Of a DNA stretch of 64,000 nucleotides, positions 11,286 through 21,183 are shown piece by piece. The stretch covers positions 2,336,001 through 2,400,000 of the forward strand of contig OZ243913.1 of NCBI GenBank assembly GCA_965213705.1, in the 5' to 3' direction. Both the position numbers and the translations under genes were made by a program. The notes below the pieces were generated by a model, which was given only the letters and a program-made list of their open reading frames with translations, did not search any database and was not told the origin of the DNA. How positions within the stretch are numbered: the stretch's first letter is position 1; every line of letters begins with the position of its first letter. This DNA is from Trueperaceae bacterium (GTDB lineage: Bacteria > Deinococcota > Deinococci > Deinococcales > Trueperaceae).

Positions 11286-11648
11286 ATGAGACACTTGTCC
11301 AGCGGACGTAAGCTCAACCGCAACTCGTCCCACCGCATCGCCCTCAACCGCAGCCAAGCGACGGCACTGTTCCGCCACGGCCGCATCAAAACGACGCTGG
11401 CGAAAGCCAAAAACCTGCAGCCTTACGTTGAAAAACTCATCACCACCGCGCGCGGCGGCGACCTGCACGCGCGCCGGCTGGTCGGCAAGGAAATCCACGA
11501 CCAGGTTGTCCTGCGCAAACTCATGGACGACATCGCCCCGAGCTTTGCGGCGCGCCCCGGCGGTTATACCCGAATTTACCGCCTGGGGATGCGCCGCGGC
11601 GACGCCACGCAAGAAGCTTTAATCGAGCTTGTCGGCGACGACGAATAG
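11286..11648 (+). CDS. rplQ: 50S ribosomal protein L17
   Basis: MRH...[28 protein letters not shown]. Confidence 0.98.
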   Translation: MRHLSSGRKLNRNSSHRIALNRSQATALFRHGRIKTTLAKAKNLQPYVEKLITTARGGDLHARRLVGKEIHDQVVLRKLMDDIAPSFAARPGGYTRIYRLGMRRGDATQEALIELVGDDE

Positions 11649-11669
11649 GTTTTGTGAGCATCAGCAGAG

Positions 11670-11700
11670 AGCCGAAGCACCAAGCTTCGGCTTTTTTATT
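11670..11700 (+). terminator. Intrinsic terminator of the alpha operon
   Basis: agccgaagc-accaa-gcttcggct followed by a T-run. Confidence 0.85.
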
Positions 11701-11751
11701 GGTTTGTCCAACCTTCTCGGCGAGCATCAAAAACCGAAGGGAGCCCGCGCC

Positions 11752-12135
11752 GTAACCGACTGCCCTTTTTGCCTCGAGACCAACGCTCTTTACGGCGACA
11801 TTCTCGTCCAAAACGAGCACGCCTACCTTGTCACCCTGCCCGACCCCGTCCTGAAAGACTCGCTCATGATTATCCCGCTGCGCCACGTCGAAACGCCTTT
11901 TGACCTGAACGACGAGGAGTGGCTGGCGCTGAAAAGTTTGCTTGACGAAGCTAAAAGGGTGCTGGACGCTCGAGGCGCGCAAGGCTACAACGTCGGCTGG
12001 AACGTCGGCGCAGTGGCCGGGCAGCACGTGCCGCACGCGCACCTGCACGTGTTCGCGCGCTTTGCCGACGAGCCTTTGGCAGGCCGGGGGATTCGCTACG
12101 CGTTCAAACAACCCGTGAACAAACGACCCTCTTAA
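11752..12135 (+). CDS. HIT family hydrolase (start codon uncertain)
   Basis: DCPFC at the N-terminus, AGQHVPHAHLHVF histidine triad; the expected start position is GTA at 11752. Confidence 0.8.
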   Translation, partial: VTDCPFCLETNALYGDILVQNEHAYLVTLPDPVLKDSLMIIPLRHVETPFDLNDEEWLALKSLLDEAKRVLDARGAQGYNVGWNVGAVAGQHVPHAHLHVFARFADEPLAGRGIRYAFKQPVNKRPS

Positions 12136-13626
12136 TTATTCGCGCCGCGACAACACCGGACAATAAAGCCCGAGGTTTTCCCGTTGCCACCAGCGCCCGT
12201 CGCCCCGGAGTTCCGAAGGGGCGGTGTAGCGGTAGTCGTAAAGGGTGGCGCGGATAAACTTGGGTGGCTGTTCGAAGGGGTTGGACTCGAGCAAAGCCGT
12301 CACCTCCGGCGCACCCTCCAACAGCCGCACCAAAAACTGCACGAACCAGGGCGTGCGCTGGCAACTCCCCAGGGCGGCGAACCACACCTGCCAGTCGAGC
12401 CGCGGCATGTGCGGCTGAACAAGCGGCGGCGCGCGGCTGGGATCGCCGGGCTTGTACTTGAACGTGTAGGGCAGCCAAATCTCACCGTCGTCGCTGCCCT
12501 CGACGATGATTTCAGGTCGCCGCGTCGTCATGACCCGAAACAAGCCGTAGCTGTTGAACGACCGAAACGGTTGCAGCCAGCCGTAAGCGCGGTCGGCGAA
12601 GCCGGGCCAAGGAGCACCGGGCCGCAGCGCGCTGTAAACGAGCAGCGGCGTGAACGCGATGACCGTTGCCGCCACGAGTGCCATGAGGGCTCGAGGCCAG
12701 CGCCTGTAAGCTTTTGCGGGTGCATCCGTTCGGAGCCACCGAAGCGCCCGGTCGTCGAGAAGCGGCACACAGAGCACGACCGTCAACAAGTTGAAAAACC
12801 CGTAGTTGCCGGTCAGCGCGATGAGCAGCATCAAGAGGGCGGTGAAGCCGCCTGCTAGGAGTCGCAGCCGCCGCGGCGCGAAGTAGAAAAACGGCACGAC
12901 GAGTTCGACGAAGAAAGTGAAGTAGAGTGAGAGTTTCTGAACCCACAGCGGCAGGTGATGCGCCCAAAACGCTAGCGGCGTCGGGAGGGGTTGGGTTTCG
13001 TAGTGAAACTGCAAAGCCACGCCCGTCAGCCACGAAGCGTCGCCCGAGGTGAGCTTGACCACGCCGGAAGTGAACATAAGCCGGAACAGCAGCAGCCTCA
13101 GCAAAAACAGCGCCAGGCGCGACGGCTCCGGCCCCCGCCCGAAACCCGTGCGAACGGTCAGCGGCGCGAGGAAGATGGCGAGAAAACCCGCCTCGAGCAG
13201 CAACACGTCCCACTGAAAACTCAAAAACACTTGTCCGCCCACGGTGAGCGACAAGTAAAATAGCCACAGCAGCGCCAGCGACGGCGCGGGCAACACACCC
13301 AGCATCAACAGGACGGCGACCAGCACGCCCCCGCCGCAGAGCAGGTTTAAGACAACGTCGCTGCCGCTCAACCACAGAAGCGTCGACAAACGTAAGTAAG
13401 CATCGGAACCGAGCGCGTCGCGCGCCCTGGTCAAGTAGTCCGCCACCGGCAAGATGCCGCTCGAGCCTATAAGCCCCTCTATCTGCACCCAAAGCGACAC
13501 GAAAGCGATGAGATAGACGAGGCCGAGCGCCCGCAGAAACAGGTCGGCGGTGACGCGGGTGCTCGGCGCGTCCCCCAGCCACTTTGAGAGAAAAGGCCAC
13601 CCCCAGCCGGTTCGTGTGTCGTTCAT
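12136..13626 (-). CDS. Lipase maturation factor (LMF1) family membrane protein
   Basis: FLRALGLVYLIAFVSL, GQVFLSFQWDVLLLEAGF, HYETQPLPTP, HMPRLDWQVWF. Confidence 0.9.
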   Translation of the reverse strand: MNDTRTGWGWPFLSKWLGDAPSTRVTADLFLRALGLVYLIAFVSLWVQIEGLIGSSGILPVADYLTRARDALGSDAYLRLSTLLWLSGSDVVLNLLCGGGVLVAVLLMLGVLPAPSLALLWLFYLSLTVGGQVFLSFQWDVLLLEAGFLAIFLAPLTVRTGFGRGPEPSRLALFLLRLLLFRLMFTSGVVKLTSGDASWLTGVALQFHYETQPLPTPLAFWAHHLPLWVQKLSLYFTFFVELVVPFFYFAPRRLRLLAGGFTALLMLLIALTGNYGFFNLLTVVLCVPLLDDRALRWLRTDAPAKAYRRWPRALMALVAATVIAFTPLLVYSALRPGAPWPGFADRAYGWLQPFRSFNSYGLFRVMTTRRPEIIVEGSDDGEIWLPYTFKYKPGDPSRAPPLVQPHMPRLDWQVWFAALGSCQRTPWFVQFLVRLLEGAPEVTALLESNPFEQPPKFIRATLYDYRYTAPSELRGDGRWWQRENLGLYCPVLSRRE

Positions 13627-13639
13627 CCTGCCCCCTATT

Positions 13640-14794
13640 TTACAAAAAGCTCGAGCCCACCCCATCCCACTTCACATTTAAGAGGTCGGCGACCGTCGCG
13701 CCGACATCCGCGAAGTTTCTCGTTTTCAGGTCTTGCCCCGCTCGGCCCGGCTGGTAAGCCAGCAGCAGGCCGTACTCCCGCGTGTGGTCGCTGCCCAGCG
13801 ACGTCGGGTCGTTGCCGTGGTCACTAACGAACAGCAGCGTGTCGTCTTCGCCGACGGCGTTCAAGAGGTCGGGCAGGCGCGCGTCTACGTCTTGTAGCGC
13901 GCGAGCGTACCCCGCCGGGTTGCGGCGGTGGCCGTAGAGCGAGTCGAACTCGACGAGGTTGCAAAAGATAAGACCGTCGGGCCGCCGTTTCATCACTTCA
14001 AGCGTTTTCGTCACGCCGTCTGTATTCGAGTCGGTGTGAACCTCTTCGGTAAAGCCGCGGTGGTCGTAGATGTCGGGGATTTTACCGATGCCGACGACCG
14101 CCTTGCCCGCCGCTCGCAGCTTGTCCAGCACGGTCTCGTGCGGCGGGGCGAGGGAGAAGTCCTTGCGCGCCCCGCCGAGGCGCTCAAACGCGCCCGGCTC
14201 GCCCCCAAACGGCCGGGCGATGACGCGGGCCACGGCGTGTTCGCCCTGCAGAATCTCGCGAGCCGCCCCGCACCAGGCGTAAAGGATCGTCAAGGGCACC
14301 TTGTCCACGTGCGCCGCAACCTGAAACACGCTGTCCGCGCTCGTGTAGACGATGGGCTCGCCCGTCGCTAAGTGTTCCTGGCCCAGTTCTTCGATGATGG
14401 TCGTCCCCGACGCGGCGACGTTGCCGAGGTGACCCGTCCCCGTCGCCGCGTCGAACGCGTCCATGACTTCTTTTGGAAACGAAGGATGCTCGGGCGGAAA
14501 GGTTTGAAAAGGATGCTCCAGCACCACGCCCATAAACTCCCAGTGGCCCGTGGTCGTGTCCTTGCCGGGAGAACGCTCGAGCAGCCGCCCGAAAGAAGCG
14601 AGGGGCGTTTCAGCAGTTCTCACCGACGACACGCCAATGATGTTGCCCAAGCCGAGCCGCCGAAAGTTGGGTAGCTCGACCCCGGTTTCCTCGAGCGTGT
14701 GGTCAAGCGTGTGCGCGCCTCCGTCGCCAAAACGTTCGGCGTCGGGCAGCGCGCCCAGCCCGACCGAGTCGAGCACGATGATTGTTACGGTCAT
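13640..14794 (-). CDS. deoB: Phosphopentomutase
   Basis: [46 protein letters not shown]. Confidence 0.96.
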   Translation of the reverse strand: MTVTIIVLDSVGLGALPDAERFGDGGAHTLDHTLEETGVELPNFRRLGLGNIIGVSSVRTAETPLASFGRLLERSPGKDTTTGHWEFMGVVLEHPFQTFPPEHPSFPKEVMDAFDAATGTGHLGNVAASGTTIIEELGQEHLATGEPIVYTSADSVFQVAAHVDKVPLTILYAWCGAAREILQGEHAVARVIARPFGGEPGAFERLGGARKDFSLAPPHETVLDKLRAAGKAVVGIGKIPDIYDHRGFTEEVHTDSNTDGVTKTLEVMKRRPDGLIFCNLVEFDSLYGHRRNPAGYARALQDVDARLPDLLNAVGEDDTLLFVSDHGNDPTSLGSDHTREYGLLLAYQPGRAGQDLKTRNFADVGATVADLLNVKWDGVGSSFL

Positions 14795-14841
14795 GGGTCA
14801 AGTATACGTGGCTGGGGACGGGGGTCGGTCATAATACGCCT

Positions 14842-16485
14842 GTGAAGAACTTGAGCGAACGGGTTTTGGCGAAACTTCAAACGCTAGCTCCAAAAGCTCA
14901 AAAGCTCGTCGTGGCCGTTTCGGGCGGGCCGGACTCGGTGGCATTGCTGCGGCTTTTGCTGGAGAGTTCGTACACGCTCGAGGTCGCTCACTTCGACCAC
15001 GGCTTACGGGAAACCTCCCGCGAAGACACCGACTTCGTCCGCGACTTGGCCGCCCGTTTCGACCTTCCTTTTCACACCGAGCGGGCCGAGGTCGCCCGTA
15101 TTGCTGCGGCTAAGGGCTGGAACGTCGAAGACGCGGCGCGGCGAATGCGCTACGGCTTTTTGACCCGCACCGCCAAACGGGTTGCTGCCGACGGGGTCGT
15201 AACCGGGCACACGCTGGACGACCAGGCGGAGACGGTGCTGCTGCAACTGCTGCGCGGCGCAGCCTACCTGCGCGGCATGAAGGCGGTGCAGGGCCGCGTG
15301 CTGCGGCCGCTGCTGGACACGCCAAGGCTCGAGCTGCTCGCCTACCTGCAGGGCCTCGACCAACCTTTCTTGACCGACGCCACAAACCTCGACACCTCCA
15401 GAACGCGCTCATGGCTGCGGCTCGAGGTTGTGCCCTTGTTAGAACAGCGTTACCCGAGTCTGAAAAAATCGTTGGCTCGGTTGGCAGACGTACAAGGCGC
15501 GGCCGTAGAGCACCTACGCGAACAGGGGAGAGGGCTGCTGAACGAGGGCGGGCTCGAGGTCGCGACCCTGCAAAAAGCCGGTCTCGCCGTGCGGCGTCAG
15601 GCGGTTGCCGAACTGTTGAAAGATGCCTCGGTGCCCGTTTCTTTCGAGCGGGTCGAGGGTCTTCTCGCGTTGCTGAGTGCTGAGAAACCCGTGCGCGCAT
15701 CGCTGAGTGAAACTCTGAGCGCCCGCGTTGCCTACGGCAGCCTTACGCTCGTCGAAAAAAGCGCGAAGACGCTCCCGGAGACGCCCGTCACCCGCGCTGC
15801 GGACTTACCGCCGGAGGTCGACGCGGCTGTACTCGAGCACTACCCCAACCTCGTTTACCGCAGTCGCCGACCGGGGGACGTGATTCGTTTGCCCGGCGGC
15901 ACCAAAAAACTGAGCGACCTGTTCATCGACAAAAAAGTCCCGCGCGAGGAGCGGGACACGGTGCGCCTGCTCGCCTCGGACAGTCAAGTGCTGTGGGTAG
16001 AGGGTGTTGCGGTCAATGTGTCGGTGGCTCGAGCCTCTGCAGACGCCGATGTCCATTTTATGGCGTGCGCTCTCGCCTTGGCCGAAAAAGCCGCCCTCCT
16101 CGGCGAATTGCCGGTCGGGGCCGTCGTCGTTCACGGAGGCGAGGTTGTTGCCGAAGCGCACAATGAAACCGAAAGCTCAAACGACCCGACCGCGCACGCC
16201 GAAGTCCTGGCGTTGCGGCGGGCGGCGGAAACTTTGGGCGACTGGCGGCTTGCCGGCTGCACCCTTTACGTCACGCTCGAGCCCTGCCCGATGTGTTTCG
16301 GCGCGGCGTTGCAAGCGCACCTGCCCCGCCTCGTCTACGGAGCTGCAAATAGGCTCGAGGGCGCGCTGGGCTCGGTCACAGACTTGCGCACCGCCCCCTG
16401 GAAACGTGAGCCGGAGGTGCGCGGCGGCGTGCTGGCGGGCTGGAGCGCCGCGCTCCTCAAGACGTTTTTCGCCCCTAAACGCTGA
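14842..16485 (+). CDS. tilS: tRNA(Ile)-lysidine synthetase TilS fused to a C-terminal TadA-type tRNA adenosine deaminase
   Basis: AVSGGPDS PP-loop, GHTLDDQAET; C-terminal ELPVGAV, DPTAHAE, TLEPCPMC. Confidence 0.92.
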   Translation: MKNLSERVLAKLQTLAPKAQKLVVAVSGGPDSVALLRLLLESSYTLEVAHFDHGLRETSREDTDFVRDLAARFDLPFHTERAEVARIAAAKGWNVEDAARRMRYGFLTRTAKRVAADGVVTGHTLDDQAETVLLQLLRGAAYLRGMKAVQGRVLRPLLDTPRLELLAYLQGLDQPFLTDATNLDTSRTRSWLRLEVVPLLEQRYPSLKKSLARLADVQGAAVEHLREQGRGLLNEGGLEVATLQKAGLAVRRQAVAELLKDASVPVSFERVEGLLALLSAEKPVRASLSETLSARVAYGSLTLVEKSAKTLPETPVTRAADLPPEVDAAVLEHYPNLVYRSRRPGDVIRLPGGTKKLSDLFIDKKVPREERDTVRLLASDSQVLWVEGVAVNVSVARASADADVHFMACALALAEKAALLGELPVGAVVVHGGEVVAEAHNETESSNDPTAHAEVLALRRAAETLGDWRLAGCTLYVTLEPCPMCFGAALQAHLPRLVYGAANRLEGALGSVTDLRTAPWKREPEVRGGVLAGWSAALLKTFFAPKR

Positions 16486-17284
16486 GGTTTTCTCTCAAAA
16501 CACCAAGCAGTTCTGTGTACCCGCGCTGCCCCGAAGCCACGAAAGTGTGACCGCCCGCGACTTCGACGAGTTTCGCTCGGTCGATGCGCTCCACGAGTTT
16601 GCGGGTGTGCTCGAGGCGCACCGTAGTGTCGCTTTTGCCCTGCACGACGAGGCAGGGCGCGCTCACCCGCGGTGCGAGTGCGTAGGCCCGGCGACCGAGT
16701 TGCCGCAGTTGGTCGATGGCCTCGGTCGGCAGGGTGACGCCTTTTTTGAGCTGCGCCTGCACCTCCGGGTCGGTCAGGTCGGCGTCCGGCACGATGTCCT
16801 TAAAGGTCTCACGCGTTTGGGGGTCGCCAAAGTCGGCGTTTTCGAACGGTCTGACCTGCCGAACGAAGTGTTTGAACACAGGCAGCAGCTTCACCCGCCA
16901 GTCGTCGAAGCGCCAGAACGGGGCGAGGAGGACGAGGCTGTCGGGCAGGGCGCGCGTCGCCGCAAGCAGCGCGAGTGCCCCGCCCATCGAAAAGCCGAGG
17001 AGCAGGGTTTGTTCGGCCCCGTCGGCCAGCCTCACGAACTCGGTCTCGACCGTTCTCGCCCAGTTTTGCCAGCGTTTTTGCCCAAGGGATTCGATGTCCG
17101 AACCGAAACCGGGCAGCAAGGGCACGCGCGCCTGCCAACCCGCCTCGGCGAGAAACCTGGCTAGGGGCCGCAGCTCGGCGGGCGTGCCGGGAAAGCCGTG
17201 GACGAGCAGGGCGCGGCGCTTGGCGTTCCCCAGCGTAAAGGGTTGATGTTCGGGGGCGCTGTAGAAATTCGGCACGGTTCTCAA
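16475..17284 (-). CDS. Alpha/beta hydrolase (carboxylesterase-like)
   Basis: LLVHGFPG, GFSMGG nucleophile elbow, GKSD, GGH. Confidence 0.85.
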   Translation of the reverse strand: MRTVPNFYSAPEHQPFTLGNAKRRALLVHGFPGTPAELRPLARFLAEAGWQARVPLLPGFGSDIESLGQKRWQNWARTVETEFVRLADGAEQTLLLGFSMGGALALLAATRALPDSLVLLAPFWRFDDWRVKLLPVFKHFVRQVRPFENADFGDPQTRETFKDIVPDADLTDPEVQAQLKKGVTLPTEAIDQLRQLGRRAYALAPRVSAPCLVVQGKSDTTVRLEHTRKLVERIDRAKLVEVAGGHTFVASGQRGYTELLGVLRENLSV

Positions 17285-17434
17285 GGTGACACGGCCCGAG
17301 CCCGGCTGCAGGGCTCGAGCCTACAGGAACGCAGCGGGGGAGAAGAATCCGTTTGCTCTCCACCCTCGAGCGTGTGCCGTCATCTTGTTTGTTTTGCCAA
17401 AGCTCGTCATACTCGCCTTACCAAGGAGGCAAAC

Positions 17435-17665
17435 ATGGACGAAGTCAAGCGAGACTTTGAAGAGTACGTCGCCGACCTGCATGCACAACTCAAGGCCGAC
17501 CGCGTGGTGGGCGCGGTCGGCGACGACGACGAGGCTGAATTGACGCAGCTCGTCAGCGACAGCCGCGCGCAGATTGAAGGAGCGGAGGACTCGCAAACGG
17601 CCAGGGAGCGCTTCGAAGCATTCAAAACCAAAGCCGAAAGATACGGCCAGGGCGCGGGGATATGA
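17435..17665 (+). CDS. Small acidic hypothetical protein
   Basis: ATG after AAGGAGG; 76-aa helical ORF. Confidence 0.65.
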   Translation: MDEVKRDFEEYVADLHAQLKADRVVGAVGDDDEAELTQLVSDSRAQIEGAEDSQTARERFEAFKTKAERYGQGAGI

Positions 17666-17726
17666 GGTTTAGGGACGCTTTTCTGAATTGAAAGAGACGT
17701 GCTGGCGGGCTCGAGCCTACCCTCAC

Positions 17727-17811
17727 GTCACTCTGAGCGACAGTGAAAGAATCTCTGGCGGTGCGGTAAAAACGAGATTCTTTCACTTCGCTGCGCTACG
17801 TCCAGAACGAC
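17727..17811. repeat. REP/MITE-like palindromic element between convergent genes
   Basis: gtcactctgagcgac..agtgaaagaatctc[loop]gagattctttcact..tcgct..cagaacgac; 14-bp perfect inner inverted repeat. Confidence 0.7.
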
Positions 17812-17844
17812 GACAGTAGGGGGTTCGCGGCGTTCTGCGTAGCC

Positions 17845-18798
17845 CTACGCCACTTTGACGACGATTTTGCCGTGAACCGCTTCGCCGCCCTGTTCCAAAA
17901 GCTTGTGAGCTTCGGCGACCTCTTCCAAGGGAAACGTCTTGCCGATGACGGACTTGACCTGCCCGCGCTCGAACAGCGCGCGCATCTTGTCGAGTTTGTG
18001 TTTGGCGTCTTCCAAGTGGACGAAGCGGACGGTCGCGTTTTTACGCATCGCCGGGCTGAGGTCGCCGCCCGCGCCCGTCACCGTGACGAGTTGGCCGTCC
18101 ATCTTGACGACCGCGATGCTCTTGGCAAGCTGGCCGCCCGCCGCGTCGAAGACGACGTCGACGCCCGCCCCGTTCGTCACGCGGTTGACGGTCTCGACGA
18201 AATCCTCAGTTTTGTAGTCGATGACCGTGTCCGCGCCGAGCGACTTAACCAGCTCTGCGTCGTAGCTGCCGCAGGTAGCGAACACGTAAGCGCCCGCCGC
18301 TTTGGCGAGTTGCACCGCGTAGGTGCCCACCCCGCCCGCCGCGCCGTGGATGAGGACGGTGTCGCCCAGGCTCAAACCCGCGCTCGTAAACAGCGCCGCG
18401 TAGGCCGTGCCGCCCGCGACCGGCACGGCGGCGGCCTCTCCCATTGATAAGTTGGCGGGCTTTTTGGCGAGGCGTGAGGCGTCGGTGACGTGGTACTCGG
18501 CGTTCGCGCCGCCGCGCGGGTCCATCAGGTCGATGGCGTAGTACACCTCGTCACCGGGTGCGAAGTCGCGCACGCCCGCGCCAGTTTCCTCGACGACGCC
18601 CGCCGCGTCGAAACCTAGGACCAGCGGCGGCTGCAGCATCGCGCCGAACATGCCGCTGCGCACACCCGTGTCGGCTAAGTTGACCGAAGTCGCGTGGACG
18701 CGGACGAGCGCGTCGTTTGCGCCGACTTCGGGCTTGTCCCTGTCCTGCATGACCAGCTTGTCCGGGCCACCGTACTCGTTCAAGACGACTGCTTTCAT
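17845..18798 (-). CDS. MDR-superfamily NADPH:quinone oxidoreductase-like protein
   Basis: MKAVVLNEYGGP, LGFDAAGVV, VLIHGAAGGVG, GKIVV. Confidence 0.9.
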   Translation of the reverse strand: MKAVVLNEYGGPDKLVMQDRDKPEVGANDALVRVHATSVNLADTGVRSGMFGAMLQPPLVLGFDAAGVVEETGAGVRDFAPGDEVYYAIDLMDPRGGANAEYHVTDASRLAKKPANLSMGEAAAVPVAGGTAYAALFTSAGLSLGDTVLIHGAAGGVGTYAVQLAKAAGAYVFATCGSYDAELVKSLGADTVIDYKTEDFVETVNRVTNGAGVDVVFDAAGGQLAKSIAVVKMDGQLVTVTGAGGDLSPAMRKNATVRFVHLEDAKHKLDKMRALFERGQVKSVIGKTFPLEEVAEAHKLLEQGGEAVHGKIVVKVA

Positions 18799-19457
18799 AC
18801 GTTCACCTCTTTCGCGTTCGTGTTTGTCAACTGGTCGAAAACCTCTAAAAAGACCTCTACCGGCTGCGCGCCCGAAACGCCGTAAGCGTCGTTGAAGACG
18901 TAAAACGGCACGCCGGAGATGCCCAGTTCGGCGGCGCGTTGCTGGCTGGCCGCGACCTCAACTTGGCCCGCGTCGCTTTTCAGGTACGCCTCTACTGGCT
19001 CGCGCTCGAGCCCTGTCCGTTCGGCAACCTTCAACAACACGCCCAAATCGTTCAAGTCCTCGCCGTTTTCGAAGTACGCCTTGAAGAGCGCGTCCGCCGC
19101 GGCGAGACTTTTGCCCTCGTCCTCGGCAAACAGGATGAGGCGGTGCGCGTCGGCGGTGTTGTTCGCTTTCTGGATGTTCTCGAAGTCGAACGCCAGCCCC
19201 TCGGCGTGCCCCAGCTCGGTGAGCTGCCCGAACATGCCGCGCGCCCGCTCCCAGCCGCCGAACTTTTTGTCGGCGAAACCCCGCCAGGGCAGACCTGTGG
19301 GCGGCAGTTGCGGTTGCAGTTGAAACGGTCGCCAGGTTTCCGTGACGCTCAACTCGGGGCGTAAGGCGAGGGCTTTTTGCAGCCGCGCTTCGCCGACGTA
19401 GCACCAGGGGCAAGCGATATCGGCGTATATTTCGATGGTGATGGGTTGTTGGGTCAT
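18795..19457 (-). CDS. DsbA/FrnE-family oxidoreductase
   Basis: DIACPWCYVG, RPFQLQP, GISGVPFYVF, VSGAQP. Confidence 0.9.
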   Translation of the reverse strand: MTQQPITIEIYADIACPWCYVGEARLQKALALRPELSVTETWRPFQLQPQLPPTGLPWRGFADKKFGGWERARGMFGQLTELGHAEGLAFDFENIQKANNTADAHRLILFAEDEGKSLAAADALFKAYFENGEDLNDLGVLLKVAERTGLEREPVEAYLKSDAGQVEVAASQQRAAELGISGVPFYVFNDAYGVSGAQPVEVFLEVFDQLTNTNAKEVNV

Positions 19458-19514
19458 GGGGTTCCTTTGGTGGATTTGACAAGTACCGAGTACCGAGTGG
19501 AAAGTAGAATCCGG

Positions 19515-20144
19515 TCAGTAGCTCACCATCGGCGCTTTGTGCAGCCACTGGTCGGTGTCGAGTTGCGCGAGCATGAAGTCCGCTACGTCGGCCCTCGAGA
19601 CCCGCATCCCCGAGTCTTTACCGACGAAGGTGCTTTTGTAAACGCCGGTATGCTCGCCGTCGGTGAGCATCGGGCCGCGCACGACTATCCACTCCAGGCC
19701 GCTGTTGCGGAGGACTTCGGCGTGGTTTTCGGCGTCTTTCAAAACGCTGCCGGAGAGCGCCTTGAGCATGAACTTGACAATTCGGTCCGAGACCTTGGGT
19801 TGGTCGTTCGGGTCCGAAACGCCCGCCCCGGTGAGGCTGACGACGCGCTTCACGCCGTGTTTTTTCATAGCCTCGACGATTGCGCGCGTGGCGACCGTTT
19901 GCACGTCGTCGGGCGAACCCTTGGCGTGGCCGAGGACGCTCAAAACCCCGTCGGTACCCTCGACGGTGCGCTCGACGTCGGCCGCGTTTGTCGCGTCGCC
20001 CTGGATAACGGTAAGCCGCGGGTCCTCGATCGTCAGCTTGGACGGGGTGCGCACCAGCGCCTTGACCGTGTAACCCTTGGCGAGGGCTTGGCGCACCAGC
20101 GGTAAACCGGTGCGCCCGGTCGCGCCGAAAATGGCGAGTTTCAC
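19515..20144 (-). CDS. NAD(P)-binding atypical SDR (biliverdin reductase B-like)
   Basis: IFGATGRTG Rossmann motif, WIVVRGPML, VSRADVA. Confidence 0.88.
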   Translation of the reverse strand: MKLAIFGATGRTGLPLVRQALAKGYTVKALVRTPSKLTIEDPRLTVIQGDATNAADVERTVEGTDGVLSVLGHAKGSPDDVQTVATRAIVEAMKKHGVKRVVSLTGAGVSDPNDQPKVSDRIVKFMLKALSGSVLKDAENHAEVLRNSGLEWIVVRGPMLTDGEHTGVYKSTFVGKDSGMRVSRADVADFMLAQLDTDQWLHKAPMVSY

Positions 20145-21046
20145 GCGGGCACCTCCTGTTTCGAAAACGCGTCTTTGTGCAGCCTGACCCAGGCCTCGAG
20201 CGGCGTCAGTTCGACGGGCATCTTCTCCACGGCCGCCGCCGTGTCGACGTTCGAGGAAAACATTTCCGGGTGTTCGTAGGCCATCGCGTAGCCCTGCGCC
20301 GCGCCCTGGCCCATGCCGGGGAAAACGGCGTCGAGCTTGTCGCCGAACTCTTGGGCGGGCATCGCCCGGAAGGTGATTTTGCGCCCCAGCGCGCGGCTGA
20401 AACGCTCCGCGACCTCCTCGCCGTTCAAACGTTCGGGGCCGCTGATTTTGAGGTTGAGGTCCGCGACCTCCGGATTCTTAAAAGCGTAGCTCGCAAACTT
20501 GGCGACGTCGGCGGTCGCGGTCCACTGCATCTTGACTTCCAGAGGCGTGGGGTAGGCGAACACGTCGTCCTGGACGATTTCCTCGCGGGTCCAGGGGCCT
20601 AAAAAGTTCTCCATGTAGGCGGTCGGTTGCAGCACGACATAGGGGGTTTGGCTGTTTTGCAGGTGCTCGAGCACGTCCAAACGCACGTCGAAACCGGGGT
20701 TGCCGCTGCGCTGCGGCGGGATTTCCCCGCTGGTGTTCCAAACGACGAGCCCTGCACCCGCCTCTTTCGCCGCGTCTACAGCATTTTTGCCGTAGGCCAG
20801 GCCGTCCGTGGGCGCGTCGGTGAAAAAGGGTACGTGCATAAAAACGCCCTCCACGCCTTCGTTCGCCTTTTTCAGGCTGTCCGGCTCGCCGAGGTCGCCC
20901 TCAAAGACTTCCGCGCCCGCGTCCTGCAGGTCTCGAGCGTGCGCCGCGTCGCGCGTCAGCACGCGCACCTCGTGGCCGTCCTCGATGAGCTTCTGCGCCA
21001 CGGGTTTGCCCTGCGAACCGGTCGCGCCGTAAACGAGTATTTTCAT
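20141..21046 (-). CDS. NmrA-family NAD(P)-binding protein
   Basis: VYGATGSQG, LQPTAYMENF, ALGRKI. Confidence 0.88.
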   Translation of the reverse strand: MKILVYGATGSQGKPVAQKLIEDGHEVRVLTRDAAHARDLQDAGAEVFEGDLGEPDSLKKANEGVEGVFMHVPFFTDAPTDGLAYGKNAVDAAKEAGAGLVVWNTSGEIPPQRSGNPGFDVRLDVLEHLQNSQTPYVVLQPTAYMENFLGPWTREEIVQDDVFAYPTPLEVKMQWTATADVAKFASYAFKNPEVADLNLKISGPERLNGEEVAERFSRALGRKITFRAMPAQEFGDKLDAVFPGMGQGAAQGYAMAYEHPEMFSSNVDTAAAVEKMPVELTPLEAWVRLHKDAFSKQEVPA

Positions 21047-21117
21047 GATGCTCCTTCCGCCGTGAAGGTCACGGCTGTGGCTCGAGCTTAGCCTGTATGG
21101 TTCATTGTGTAAAGTAG

Positions 21118-21131
21118 TTACTAGAAAGTAA
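21118..21131. promoter_or_regulatory. Candidate HxlR-family operator in the divergent promoter
   Basis: Palindrome TTACT-agaa-AGTAA between the nmrA-like gene and the hxlR-like regulator. Confidence 0.45.
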
Positions 21132-21183
21132 ACCAGTTACCGATAATGAAGTTTTGTGTTAAAGTGGGCATCTGGAGGTTGAC

